Below are positions 44,799-54,344 of a stretch of DNA of 64,000 nt, piece after piece (position 1 is the stretch's first letter; each line of letters opens with the position of its first letter). The notes beneath the pieces were generated by a model. That model did not search any database and had not been told where the DNA came from. It worked only from the letters and a program-made list of their open reading frames with translations. The translations under genes were made by a program, and so were the position numbers. The stretch is from the IMG/VR virus record IMGVR_UViG_3300033145_000274, positions 61,080 to 125,079 of that record, one strand, 5' to 3'. The DNA is from a virus.

Positions 44799-45900
44799 TA
44801 CTATTGAGGCGTTGATACGTAAGGGTATACCAACTGTGTTTTATATAACCGGTGGTGGTTCAGGTGCTATCTATGAACTATTGCGATATGGTGGAGCATC
44901 ATCGTTTTTTCTGGAAGCTCAAGTACCATACGATAACCAATGCGTAACGGAATTACTGGGCGGATATAAGCCAGATAAATTCTGTGCGCAAAGTACGGCT
45001 AGCATGTTGGCGACCTGCGCCTATAAACGTGCCACTACCCTGACTGGCACACACTCCGTGATAGGTGTTGGGTCTACAGCCAAGCTACAAAAAATAGGTA
45101 CAGAACGTGATGGTAGAGAGCACATATTATACATAGCTATTCATAGCAAAAATCGTACTCTTACTTCACAGTTGAGGTTTTGTAATATGGTACGTGACCG
45201 TAGAGAAGAAGAAGAAACTGCCATGGGTATGATTGTCAAGGAATACTGCTACTTCCTTGGCATTCCATGCTTTACACCATCATTATATCAATCAGAGCAA
45301 CCATTGGTTGAAGACGTAACATCACCCTGGCACATGACTCCACATGTACAACCATTTGATATGGGCGCCATTACTTATAATCCACTCACTACTAAAAATC
45401 CGGTGATTTTTCCTGGTTCGTTCGACCCAGTACATAGTGGTCACATCAAGATGGCCGAACATGCCTATAAAATAACCAACAAGGCCGTGTGGTTTGAAAT
45501 CTCATTGACAAATTGTTCTAAGCCACCCATAGACTGGGTTTCACTCGTAAAACGCTGTGGTTACTTTGATGCACACAAAGATAATCCAGCATTTGCGGGT
45601 TTGATATTCACCGATGCCCCATTGTTTATGCACAAGGCACGTTTGTTTTACGAACCCATATTCATTACTGGACATGACACCGTATTACGCATTGACAACC
45701 CAAGATATTATAGTAGTAACATTGCTCATTGCGATTCCATCAATGATTTAATACAACAACGTGTACAATTTCTAGTATTTGACCGTAAGGGTTCTATGAA
45801 CGTGCCATTCCGACACCTGGGAATGGAAACTCTTTGTACTAACGTGATAGAGTATTTTGACGCAGGTGAAAATTCTACTGATTTAAGAGGAGGAACATAA
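44788..45900 (+). CDS. CinA-like/NadD-type nucleotidyltransferase fusion
   Basis: N-terminal TGGGSGA..EAQVPY (CinA-C-like); C-terminal FPGSFDPVHSGH and TGHDTVLRI. Confidence 0.8.
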   Translation: MCRDTIEALIRKGIPTVFYITGGGSGAIYELLRYGGASSFFLEAQVPYDNQCVTELLGGYKPDKFCAQSTASMLATCAYKRATTLTGTHSVIGVGSTAKLQKIGTERDGREHILYIAIHSKNRTLTSQLRFCNMVRDRREEEETAMGMIVKEYCYFLGIPCFTPSLYQSEQPLVEDVTSPWHMTPHVQPFDMGAITYNPLTTKNPVIFPGSFDPVHSGHIKMAEHAYKITNKAVWFEISLTNCSKPPIDWVSLVKRCGYFDAHKDNPAFAGLIFTDAPLFMHKARLFYEPIFITGHDTVLRIDNPRYYSSNIAHCDSINDLIQQRVQFLVFDRKGSMNVPFRHLGMETLCTNVIEYFDAGENSTDLRGGT

Positions 45901-45901
45901 A

Positions 45902-46507
45902 ATGGAAAGACGCAACTTTATCAAGTGGGTAGCCGCAATGTTGCCCGCTACGCTAGCTACTAAGATGGTGTCAAAACAAGCAGACGCGGCTCCGCAACCC
46001 ACACCAGCATCACAGGTGTACCCGAAGACTGTGAAAGCACCATCAATGTTGAAGGCTCGACGCCACACACAGATGGTGTACGACCAGGGCTTTTGTGACT
46101 GTCCGGCTGAACGTGGTATGGTCGTAGAATTTGCCAAGTTTATTCCCAGTCCTAGCGGCGGACAATATCCTATTGTAAGACCTGGCTCTCATAGCGGACA
46201 GCCGTTGGGGATATTATTGCAGGATGTAGTACACATAGATAATACAAAGTTGTGTAATGTAATATCAGACAGAATACCCGTTGGTGGACGGGTTGATATA
46301 GGCATAGACGGCTGGGTTATAGTTGGGCAATTTGATAAGCCCGTAGAAGACGGTGAACGGATATTTTATGATAGGGTAGGACGTTTAACCACCGTGTCAA
46401 CTGGACGACCTATTGGCGTGGCCATTGGTCCTAGTGATGCAGATAACTTTGTCAAAGTAAAGATACAACTCTATGTCAACACAAATGCCGAACTGCCCAG
46501 ACCTTAA
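45902..46507 (+). CDS. twin-arginine-signal protein with capsid-decoration-like domain
   Basis: MERRNFIKW; PLGILLQDVVHID, GGRVDIG, GRLT, DADNFVKVKI. Confidence 0.5.
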   Translation: MERRNFIKWVAAMLPATLATKMVSKQADAAPQPTPASQVYPKTVKAPSMLKARRHTQMVYDQGFCDCPAERGMVVEFAKFIPSPSGGQYPIVRPGSHSGQPLGILLQDVVHIDNTKLCNVISDRIPVGGRVDIGIDGWVIVGQFDKPVEDGERIFYDRVGRLTTVSTGRPIGVAIGPSDADNFVKVKIQLYVNTNAELPRP

Positions 46508-47579
46508 TTATACCGCACCCATCAACTCACTAGGATATGGCGTGGCGGGTTTGAATATCTTGCTAGCCTTAGCAGAGAAGGGTGTGAAGGTCAAATTATG
46601 GCCAATAGGACAGATAGACGCACATCCAAAGCACACGCTCGTATTACAGGAAGCCCTGGATACTCGTCATTGTTATCGAATCGACGCCCCCAGCTTACGT
46701 ATCTGGCATCAATATGACTTGGCACAACATGTAGGTAGCGGTGTCCGTGTGGGATTTCCTATATTTGAACTAGATAAATTTAATGCAATAGAACATGCGG
46801 AACTCTGTGCCATGGATGTCTTATGTGTGTGTTCAAACTGGGCTAAGGGCGTGGTGTTGAGAAACTGTCCAGAGATTCCCCAATTTGCTATTATCGTAAC
46901 ACCGCTGGGGGTGGACAGAACTACTTTTCATCACGAAAATGCTGGAGTATCGGACCCCAAATGGACGACGTTCTTAAATATCGGCAAGTGGGAATATCGT
47001 AAGGGGCATGACATTCTCATAGAGGCATTCAACAAAGCGTTCGAGCCCAAGGATAGAGTACGCCTCTGGATGATGAATCATAATCCATTCTTATCGAAAC
47101 AACAAACCAAAGAGTGGGAAGACCTGTATACCAAATCCAAAATGGGACATCGTGTGAGTATCCTACCACGGGTACAAGACCATGCCGAGGTGGCTAAGGT
47201 TATGTCCGAAGCTGATTGTGGTGTATTTCCATCACGTGCCGAGGGCTGGAATTTAGAGTTGCTTGAAATGATGTCAATGGGTAAACAAGTTATTACCACC
47301 AACTACTCTGCTCATACTGAATTTTGTACTACAGATAATGCACATCTCATTCCTATTGACGAATTAGAACATGCATATGATGGTCACTTTTTTACTGACG
47401 ACGACGCCGGTCAATGGGCGACTCTCGGTAGTACCCATGTGGATTGTTTAGTAGACCACATGCGCAACATTCACAAAAACAAACAGCAGATTAACCACAG
47501 TGGCATTGCTACCGCCAAGGAGTTTTCATGGGCAGCCACCGCACAAAAAATTCTAACAGTGGACCAAATTTGGGCTTGA
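46473..47579 (+). CDS. GT4-family glycosyltransferase
   Basis: GKWEYRKGHDIL, FPSRAEGWNLELLEMM. Confidence 0.88.
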   Translation: MSTQMPNCPDLNYTAPINSLGYGVAGLNILLALAEKGVKVKLWPIGQIDAHPKHTLVLQEALDTRHCYRIDAPSLRIWHQYDLAQHVGSGVRVGFPIFELDKFNAIEHAELCAMDVLCVCSNWAKGVVLRNCPEIPQFAIIVTPLGVDRTTFHHENAGVSDPKWTTFLNIGKWEYRKGHDILIEAFNKAFEPKDRVRLWMMNHNPFLSKQQTKEWEDLYTKSKMGHRVSILPRVQDHAEVAKVMSEADCGVFPSRAEGWNLELLEMMSMGKQVITTNYSAHTEFCTTDNAHLIPIDELEHAYDGHFFTDDDAGQWATLGSTHVDCLVDHMRNIHKNKQQINHSGIATAKEFSWAATAQKILTVDQIWA

Positions 47580-47603
47580 CATAGCCAAAAAATGGTGTAT
47601 AAT
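47576..47603 (+). promoter_or_regulatory. sigma70-like promoter
   Basis: TTGACA-16nt-TATAAT. Confidence 0.8.
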
Positions 47604-47838
47604 GCAGTAGATGCTTTACAACAATCCTTTTTTTCACAGGAAATGCCATGTTTGAACTGGACCGAACGCGCTCCAAGCAAAGTGTCCAACAACTCAGCAG
47701 CCAAGAGTTTCGCGTAGTGGATACCAATGGACATGTTTGTATTGTCAATGATACCAATAACACCTATTGGATGAGTGTTCCTCTTGCTAATCATGTAGAC
47801 CTATATCCCATGCGAGCCATATAACGTAGGAGATTACC

Positions 47839-48525
47839 ATGACCATCAAAATGTATCTTGTTGGTGGTGCTGTACGAGACCAGATTCTTGGTATTCCATC
47901 CAATGACCTAGACTTTGCCGTAGAAGCCCCGTCGTATGAAGCCATGAGGGCTGAGATTGAACGACGTGGCGGAACCATCTTTTTAGAGAAGCCAGAGTAC
48001 CTAACGATTCGTGCTCGCATACCTGAACTAGGTGCTGCGGACTATGTATTGTGTCGTAAGGACGGCTCCTACATTGATGGACGACGACCAGAAGACGTGG
48101 AGCCCGGTACGTTGATAGACGACCTATCCCGTCGTGACTTCACCATGAACGCTATTGCCATGACTGAAGATGGTGAATATATTGACCCGTTTAATGGTCG
48201 TCAGTCTATGGACGGGGATATCATTCACTGTGTTGGAGACACATACAAGCGGTTTGAGGAGGACTATCTACGTATGCTGAGAGCAATTCGGTTCTCGATT
48301 ACCAAAGATATGACAATGTCCCCACAAATTTTTGCATGTCTTGAACACCCTGAAATGGTACGACACATACGACGTGTGGCGACCGAACGTGTTCGAGAGG
48401 AAATGCTCAAGTGTTTCCATTGTGATACGTTAAAGACGCTCAAAATACTAGAGTGTCTGCCCTTGGTACGTGATGCTATCTTTGACCACGGGGCTTTGTG
48501 GCTGAAGCCGACGTTGGAAAAGTAA
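47839..48525 (+). CDS. cca: class II tRNA nucleotidyltransferase (CCA-adding enzyme, short form)
   Basis: YLVGGAVRD, DLDFAV, DDLSRRDFTMNA, EDYLRMLRAIRF, ERVREE. Confidence 0.9.
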   Translation: MTIKMYLVGGAVRDQILGIPSNDLDFAVEAPSYEAMRAEIERRGGTIFLEKPEYLTIRARIPELGAADYVLCRKDGSYIDGRRPEDVEPGTLIDDLSRRDFTMNAIAMTEDGEYIDPFNGRQSMDGDIIHCVGDTYKRFEEDYLRMLRAIRFSITKDMTMSPQIFACLEHPEMVRHIRRVATERVREEMLKCFHCDTLKTLKILECLPLVRDAIFDHGALWLKPTLEK

Positions 48526-49112
48526 TGCAACAAATTGTGCCATTCAGAACGAACGAACCAGACGTTTGGCGTTCATCTGATGGGTTGCGTGATTTGGTAC
48601 GTTTTACCCAACTCACCAACTTTAATATGGCAGAGCTTGGTAGTTATTCTGGTGATAGTACCGAAGTGTTTTTAGAATTCCCCATACAACGATTATATGT
48701 GGTAGATAGTTGGTTACCTCAAGAAGATATCGACACGTATAATCCACGTATGGCGGAAGTCATTTTCGATAGACGATTAGCCTGGTGGCGTACCCACAGT
48801 AGTTGTGATATAGTCAAACTCAAAATGGATACCAGTGATGCAGTACATCACATTCCAGACAACTCACTTGACTTAATTTACTTAGACACAGAGCATACAT
48901 ATGAGTGTGTAATGCAAACAGTACAACTATGGACATGTAAACTCAAGGACGATGGATTTTTTGCTGGACATGATTACTCGCAGGGCTGGGCTGGTGTTAT
49001 GTTGGCGGTTGACCAATTAGCGTCACAATTTGGACCATTTGAAACATTTCAAGATACCAGTTGGGCATTTCAAATACATAAAGCTATAGATACAGTTATC
49101 ATATGTCTGTAG
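48525..49112 (+). CDS. class I SAM methyltransferase (Methyltransf_24-like)
   Basis: ELGSYSGDS, DLIYLDTEHTYE, FAGHDY. Confidence 0.8.
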   Translation: MQQIVPFRTNEPDVWRSSDGLRDLVRFTQLTNFNMAELGSYSGDSTEVFLEFPIQRLYVVDSWLPQEDIDTYNPRMAEVIFDRRLAWWRTHSSCDIVKLKMDTSDAVHHIPDNSLDLIYLDTEHTYECVMQTVQLWTCKLKDDGFFAGHDYSQGWAGVMLAVDQLASQFGPFETFQDTSWAFQIHKAIDTVIICL

Positions 49113-49128
49113 ACAGGAGCACAAACCC

Positions 49129-50547
49129 ATGGATTTCAATAATAACATTTGCATGTTGACAGATTCCTACAAAATGACCCACTGGAGACAATACCCACCA
49201 GGTACCACCAACGTATACTCTTATTTTGAGAGTCGTGATGGTGCTCGCTGGCGCAAGACGGTATTCTTTGGCCTGCAATACTTCTTGCAACGTTATCTAG
49301 TTGGTCAGGTCGTAACAGTTGATATGGTCGAGGATGCGGCCCGATATGCCAAGTTACACTTTGGTGCTCAGTTGTTTAACTATGATGGCTGGATGGACAT
49401 TGCTAAGACCCACAAGGGCCGCCTGCCCCTGTGTATTAAAGCCGTCCCAGAAGGCACGCCTGTTCCCGTTAGTAACGTAATGATGACCATTGAGGCTACC
49501 GACCCAGACCACGCATGGCTAACCAACTACATGGAGACGCTGTTGGTTAATGTATGGTATCCTTGTACGGTGGCTACTCAGAGCCGTGAGATGAAAAAGA
49601 TATGGCTACGCTACCTACAAGAGACCGGCGACCCACAAACAATTGATTTCAAACTACATGATTTTGGTTGTCGTGGTGTGACATGTCCCGAACAAGCCGG
49701 TTTGGGTGGCGCGGCCCACTTGGTAAATTTCAAGGGCACCGATACTCTGCCAGCAATCGTATTGCTTGACCAGTATTACGATGAAGAAATGGCTGGTTTT
49801 TCCATCCCCGCCAGTGAACACTCAACCATTACAAGTTGGGGCAAAGACAATGAAATAGACGCCATGCGTAATATGCTTCGGGCCTATCCAGAAGTCCCAC
49901 TAATTGCATGTGTAAGTGATAGCTATGATATTTGGGATGCCTGTGCCAATAAATGGGGTGGGGTACTCAAGGATGAAGTGTTAAGCAGGAAAGGCACACT
50001 GGTAATACGACCAGATTCGGGTGACCCCCCATCGACGGTCAAGCGTGTAATTACTACGCTTATGAAAGCCTTTGGGTATGAAACCAACGACAAGGGATAT
50101 GACGTATTGCCTCCACAAGTACGAGTAATTCAGGGTGATGGGATTGACTTTGAAATGATGCCCCGTATCCTAGAAACCATGAAAGAAGATGGACTGTCGG
50201 CTGATAATCTGGCTATGGGCTCTGGTGGTGGGCTTTTGCAAAAACTCAATCGTGATACACAAAGGTTTGCATTCAAGTGCTCGGCTATTGAGGTCAATAA
50301 CCAGTGGCGAGATGTCTATAAAGACCCGGTAACTGACGCTGGTAAAAGGTCCAAGCGTGGTAGAATGAAGTTAATCATGGAAAGAAGTAGTCATGGTTCA
50401 TGGCTTAGTACCACACCCGACCTAGACTCACGCACTGATATAATGCAAATTGTATTTCAAAACGGTCGTTTGAAGAAACAATATGACCTAGAAACCGTTA
50501 GAACAAACGCGACCATTCATCCGTGGGAGTTGACCGGAGTTCTCTGA
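49129..50547 (+). CDS. nadV: nicotinamide phosphoribosyltransferase
   Basis: TDSYKMTH, LHDFGCRG, PASEHST, VSDSYD, IRPDSGDP, IQGDG, GSGGGLLQK, KDPVTD.GKRSK. Confidence 0.95.
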   Translation: MDFNNNICMLTDSYKMTHWRQYPPGTTNVYSYFESRDGARWRKTVFFGLQYFLQRYLVGQVVTVDMVEDAARYAKLHFGAQLFNYDGWMDIAKTHKGRLPLCIKAVPEGTPVPVSNVMMTIEATDPDHAWLTNYMETLLVNVWYPCTVATQSREMKKIWLRYLQETGDPQTIDFKLHDFGCRGVTCPEQAGLGGAAHLVNFKGTDTLPAIVLLDQYYDEEMAGFSIPASEHSTITSWGKDNEIDAMRNMLRAYPEVPLIACVSDSYDIWDACANKWGGVLKDEVLSRKGTLVIRPDSGDPPSTVKRVITTLMKAFGYETNDKGYDVLPPQVRVIQGDGIDFEMMPRILETMKEDGLSADNLAMGSGGGLLQKLNRDTQRFAFKCSAIEVNNQWRDVYKDPVTDAGKRSKRGRMKLIMERSSHGSWLSTTPDLDSRTDIMQIVFQNGRLKKQYDLETVRTNATIHPWELTGVL

Positions 50548-50594
50548 AAAACGTGTAATTAGTAGTTGTTTTCTCAAAGTATAAGGAGCTTAGT

Positions 50595-51509
50595 ATGAGA
50601 AACTTATTTGGAATGATACTAGTAGCGTGTTTGCTGCTGGTGGGTACGACATTGGCAGATGAAGCATCTGTACATTGTCAACAGGTGTCGGTCATGGTAA
50701 AAAGTGACAGCGGTTCGGGTTCGGGTGTGCTCATCAAGAGAGATATCTCTATGAAGGATGGTACGGTAAGGCCGGTTACGTTTATTCTATCGGCGGCACA
50801 CGTTGTGGATAACACACGACATGTTCGCAGTGTGATTGTCAAGGGCAAGGAATTCAAGATTGTGGAGTTTGACGAGCTTGGCTTGATAAGAGAAGAACGT
50901 GAGGATGGACGACCGGTTGGTGAATCCAAGATGATTTGTAAGGTCATCAAGTACAGTGACGCCAACAATGAACGAGATGTAGTCGTGCTGATGATTCTCA
51001 AGAAAGACTTTGGTGATGCTTCTACTGAATTTTATCTGGACGAACAACTCCCTGAAGTTGGTTTGGATTTAATTCATTGTGGGTCATTGAAAGGACAACT
51101 GGGCGTGAATAGCATTACGAAAGGCCCATTGTCTCAAGTGGGGCGCGTACTCGACGAAAAAGTGTTTGACCAAACCGCCGTGCCTGCTTTTCCCGGTTCG
51201 TCTGGTGGTGGCGTGTGGATAGTACCAGATAAGAAAGGCGATAAGCCGAAGTATCTGGGCATGTTAACTCAGGGTTCTGGTGAAACTTTCAACTTCATCG
51301 TTCCCATACGCGAACTTATGAAGTGGGGCAAAGAAGCCGGTGTGGAGTGGTTGTTCAATCCAAGCGTGAAACCACCATCATGGGAAGACCTGACGAAGTT
51401 ACCCATTGAAGGAGCCGGTAGCAATATATCCGACGAGGAAGAAAGTAAGCCCAGTGGTAAGAACCACTTCTTTCTCTATACGTCTGATATGAGTCGGCCA
51501 CCCTGTTGA
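50595..51509 (+). CDS. secreted trypsin-like serine protease
   Basis: signal peptide; LSAAHVV, RDVVVL, FPGSSGGG. Confidence 0.85.
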   Translation: MRNLFGMILVACLLLVGTTLADEASVHCQQVSVMVKSDSGSGSGVLIKRDISMKDGTVRPVTFILSAAHVVDNTRHVRSVIVKGKEFKIVEFDELGLIREEREDGRPVGESKMICKVIKYSDANNERDVVVLMILKKDFGDASTEFYLDEQLPEVGLDLIHCGSLKGQLGVNSITKGPLSQVGRVLDEKVFDQTAVPAFPGSSGGGVWIVPDKKGDKPKYLGMLTQGSGETFNFIVPIRELMKWGKEAGVEWLFNPSVKPPSWEDLTKLPIEGAGSNISDEEESKPSGKNHFFLYTSDMSRPPC

Positions 51510-51521
51510 TAAGGAGCAACA

Positions 51522-51737
51522 ATGAAAGACGATGACAACCAAGAGCTAAATCCTGGTGATGATTTCGAGTTTGCAGGCCAAGTAGATGAATCCATAGATG
51601 CAGAGTTAGAAGAAGACAATGTATTGTATGCGGGAGAGTACATAGTTTATGTACCTCCAGGGCAGCGGGCTACGGTCCGCTATGAACTGGCACTAGATGC
51701 CAATAGCGACGTATTTAACGTCAATAAAGGAGAGTGA
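51522..51737 (+). CDS. acidic hypothetical protein
   Basis: RBS aaggag; D/E-rich. Confidence 0.55.
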   Translation: MKDDDNQELNPGDDFEFAGQVDESIDAELEEDNVLYAGEYIVYVPPGQRATVRYELALDANSDVFNVNKGE

Positions 51738-51740
51738 AAG

Positions 51741-52100
51741 ATGATTAAGGGATTACTACTCGCATTAGCACTATTGTGTGTTAACACCGTTGAAGCAGCG
51801 GAACATGTAGACCATGACCGAACCGTACAGGTGATGCCATACATGCCTACGTATCAGCTTCCGTACTACCCCTATCCGCCGCGATATTCTTATCGCCCCC
51901 AACCACGGCCACATCCCGTGTACCCACAACCCCCACGCCGTCATTGGCAATGGAATCCGTGGCCATCACATAACACACCGTCACCTGGTCGTGGCCAGGG
52001 CAAGGGACCTATGTATCGTTATTGGTACAGTCCTCATGGTGGATGGGGATTTAGTATCGGTCCTAATTGGAGTCCTCCCAATGCCAGACCCAGATACTAA
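51741..52100 (+). CDS. secreted Pro/Tyr-rich protein
   Basis: signal peptide; low-complexity PYYPYPP. Confidence 0.6.
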   Translation: MIKGLLLALALLCVNTVEAAEHVDHDRTVQVMPYMPTYQLPYYPYPPRYSYRPQPRPHPVYPQPPRRHWQWNPWPSHNTPSPGRGQGKGPMYRYWYSPHGGWGFSIGPNWSPPNARPRY

Positions 52101-52308
52101 TGTCGCATTAGAGCGTGCCAAAATTGCACTAAGAAACCTAACTATACTTGCTGACGACATGACATGTTACGGAATTTCTGTGGAGGATTTCGACCGGGAG
52201 TCACTTATCATTATGTTAAAACTTTCTCACCAAGAGAAGGAACACATGACATTACTACATAATGGCACATTAGAAATACTCACAGCCTGTACGAGGAAAA
52301 AACCATGA
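52081..52308 (+). CDS. hypothetical protein
   Basis: ORF fills gap. Confidence 0.45.
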   Translation: MPDPDTNVALERAKIALRNLTILADDMTCYGISVEDFDRESLIIMLKLSHQEKEHMTLLHNGTLEILTACTRKKP

Positions 52309-52568
52309 CACGTGTTGTACATTGTAGGCGTTCCAAATACGATGTATACATAGGGCGTGGCAGTCGTTGGGGCAATCCGTTTTTCATTGGACCAGACGGA
52401 ACACGAGAAGAAGTATGCGCCAAATACCTCAAGTATTTACTTGACAACAAAGAGTTGTTGGCCGCACTTCCCTCGCTAAGGGGCAAGGTGTTGGGATGTT
52501 ACTGTGCTCCCAAGTTATGCCACGGTGACATACTAATACATGTTATGCAACAAAGGAGAATCATATAG
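52305..52568 (+). CDS. DUF4326-family protein
   Basis: VYIGRGSRWGNPF, LRGKVLGCYCAPKLCHGDIL. Confidence 0.85.
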   Translation: MTRVVHCRRSKYDVYIGRGSRWGNPFFIGPDGTREEVCAKYLKYLLDNKELLAALPSLRGKVLGCYCAPKLCHGDILIHVMQQRRII

Positions 52569-52939
52569 TGGAACAATTTGACCTAAAAGCTGCCATACGC
52601 AAAGGCGTAGATGACGATATCATTGTTTTCAACGGTGAAAGTGACGATGATATGGATACACTAACTTTAAGACTTGTTTTTTTGATGTTCAACGTCGCCA
52701 AAGAAAAAGGCATGAATCTTTCACATATTATGGTTGGACAAGATGTGTTGCCTTACATAGTAGACAAAATAACTATCAACGGTGTGGACATTTGTGTATG
52801 TCCCGCACTTGACAGGGGTGGTAGTTTACAGAAACTTTACACGGACGAGCTACAGTGTAGGTATCCACCCTTGTGTGATAGTATGATTGTCGCCCTGTGC
52901 GCTGAATCTCCAGACGATGTTTTATTGGGAGGCGTATAA
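52568..52939 (+). CDS. hypothetical protein
   Basis: GTG start abutting upstream stop. Confidence 0.55.
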   Translation: MEQFDLKAAIRKGVDDDIIVFNGESDDDMDTLTLRLVFLMFNVAKEKGMNLSHIMVGQDVLPYIVDKITINGVDICVCPALDRGGSLQKLYTDELQCRYPPLCDSMIVALCAESPDDVLLGGV

Positions 52940-53374
52940 ATGAGTGAGTACGAAGTATCAATACCAATTAAAAATCAACGTGTGTTTAGTAAGGTGCTAC
53001 AGCAGCAGCTAAATTGGTTGGTATGGAATTGGCACAGCAAAGAAATGGCTGTAGAAACCCCGCCAGATAGACGGTGGTGGGAGTTTTGGAAGTTGGACAA
53101 GACTCGTCAAACTAGTCTGTTGGTCATTGGCCGATATTTGCTTGAGGGTATTGATGATTTTGTTCGTATTGCTAGCTCCAAAAGCAGTGGTAAGCCCGGC
53201 TATTATAAGTTAACCATTTTGGACGCCACGGGCTCTTTATACGATACTGTAATTAGGGACGCCAAGCTGCCGTGGTGGTCGAGGCCATTCGGTGGCTCCA
53301 TCAAAACACTATTCATCAATGTCATCGCTTCCTTGCTTATTGACTATATCATTAGGCATTCTACATCATCATAA
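52940..53374 (+). CDS. hypothetical protein
   Basis: ORF with RBS ggagg. Confidence 0.55.
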   Translation: MSEYEVSIPIKNQRVFSKVLQQQLNWLVWNWHSKEMAVETPPDRRWWEFWKLDKTRQTSLLVIGRYLLEGIDDFVRIASSKSSGKPGYYKLTILDATGSLYDTVIRDAKLPWWSRPFGGSIKTLFINVIASLLIDYIIRHSTSS

Positions 53375-53406
53375 TACATCACTTAATAAAACTCGAAAAA
53401 TCGCGG

Positions 53407-53434
53407 TTGACAACGAGGAAAAGTGGTGTATAAT
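53407..53434 (+). promoter_or_regulatory. sigma70-like promoter of RNA cluster
   Basis: TTGACA-16nt-TATAAT. Confidence 0.8.
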
Positions 53435-53527
53435 AAGTATAGCGCGGGTGACAGAGGGTAACAAATGCCTCACGCAATTCAAAGCGGCCCTCAGTAATTT
53501 GAGTAAAGTTGGGCAATCCCGTTCCTC

Positions 53528-53598
53528 GCAAGTGTCGTACAATGGTAGTACCTTTGACTTCCAATCAAAAGACGCCTGTTCGATTCAGGTCACTTGCA
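53528..53598 (+). tRNA. tRNA-Gly(TCC)
   Basis: GCAAGTG/CACTTGC; TTTGA-CTTCCAA-TCAAA. Confidence 0.92.
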
Positions 53599-53603
53599 CT
53601 GCC

Positions 53604-53675
53604 GGCTCTATAGTTCAACGGTCAGAATTGCTGACTTTTAATCAGCGGATTTCAGTTCGATTCTGAATGGGGCCA
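53604..53675 (+). tRNA. tRNA-Lys(TTT)
   Basis: GCTGA-CTTTTAA-TCAGC. Confidence 0.92.
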
Positions 53676-53676
53676 C

Positions 53677-53748
53677 GGCTCTTTGGTGTTAAGGTAGCAT
53701 TGCACTCTCTTAAAGTGACGGGTATGAGTTCGAGTCTCATAGGAGCCA
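53677..53748 (+). tRNA. tRNA-Lys(CTT)
   Basis: CACT-CTCTTAA-AGTG; ATGAG-TTCGAGT-CTCAT. Confidence 0.88.
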
Positions 53749-53781
53749 CTTACTAAAATAGGATTACTTAAAGGAGACGAC

Positions 53782-53994
53782 ATGGGATTTTTCAAAGCAT
53801 TTAATTCGCTTCAAATCACAGGACTATTCGCTGCATTTCCATTCTTGATTGGATGGCTATTTAGTACAGCAACGTTCCCTGGAGTGACTGCCGCAAGTTG
53901 GATAGCGGTAATCGTATACCTAATCTTTTTTGCTATTATGACTGGAACGGTTTGCCATTCCATGTTGGATGAAAGAACAAATTGGTGGACATGA
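53782..53994 (+). CDS. small membrane protein
   Basis: two TM segments; RBS aaggag. Confidence 0.65.
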   Translation: MGFFKAFNSLQITGLFAAFPFLIGWLFSTATFPGVTAASWIAVIVYLIFFAIMTGTVCHSMLDERTNWWT

Positions 53995-54260
53995 CAATAA
54001 CCTGGGGTGATGCGTGTCAGTGTATTGCTGATGTCTGGAACGGTGGCAAGTGTGAAGTTAAACTTACCGCCCAAGACATATGGGAGTTGCACCCCACGGG
54101 TGAGTTGTACTGGTTACCGTATCTCTACGAGGTTGCCAAAGAGGGAACGGAGATGCTAGAAGGTTTGCTGGTAACAGACGAGTTGTACGCTAAGTTATTT
54201 GTCAAGAAGATTGAGAGTAAAGTTGGTGACGCTAAAGTTACCGTTAGCGATTGTGATTAA
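53991..54260 (+). CDS. hypothetical protein
   Basis: ATGA-coupled ORF. Confidence 0.5.
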   Translation: MTITWGDACQCIADVWNGGKCEVKLTAQDIWELHPTGELYWLPYLYEVAKEGTEMLEGLLVTDELYAKLFVKKIESKVGDAKVTVSDCD

Positions 54261-54265
54261 CTACT

Positions 54266-54344
54266 GGCAAGAGAACTAATGTCGAGGGAATCGGCAGCGA
54301 GTTTGCAAAGCTCGTGTTTATGGGCTCGACTCCCACTTTTGCCT
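54266..54344 (+). tRNA. tRNA-Cys(GCA), expanded D region
   Basis: CGAGT-TTGCAAA-GCTCG; U73; T loop CTCGACT. Confidence 0.7.
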
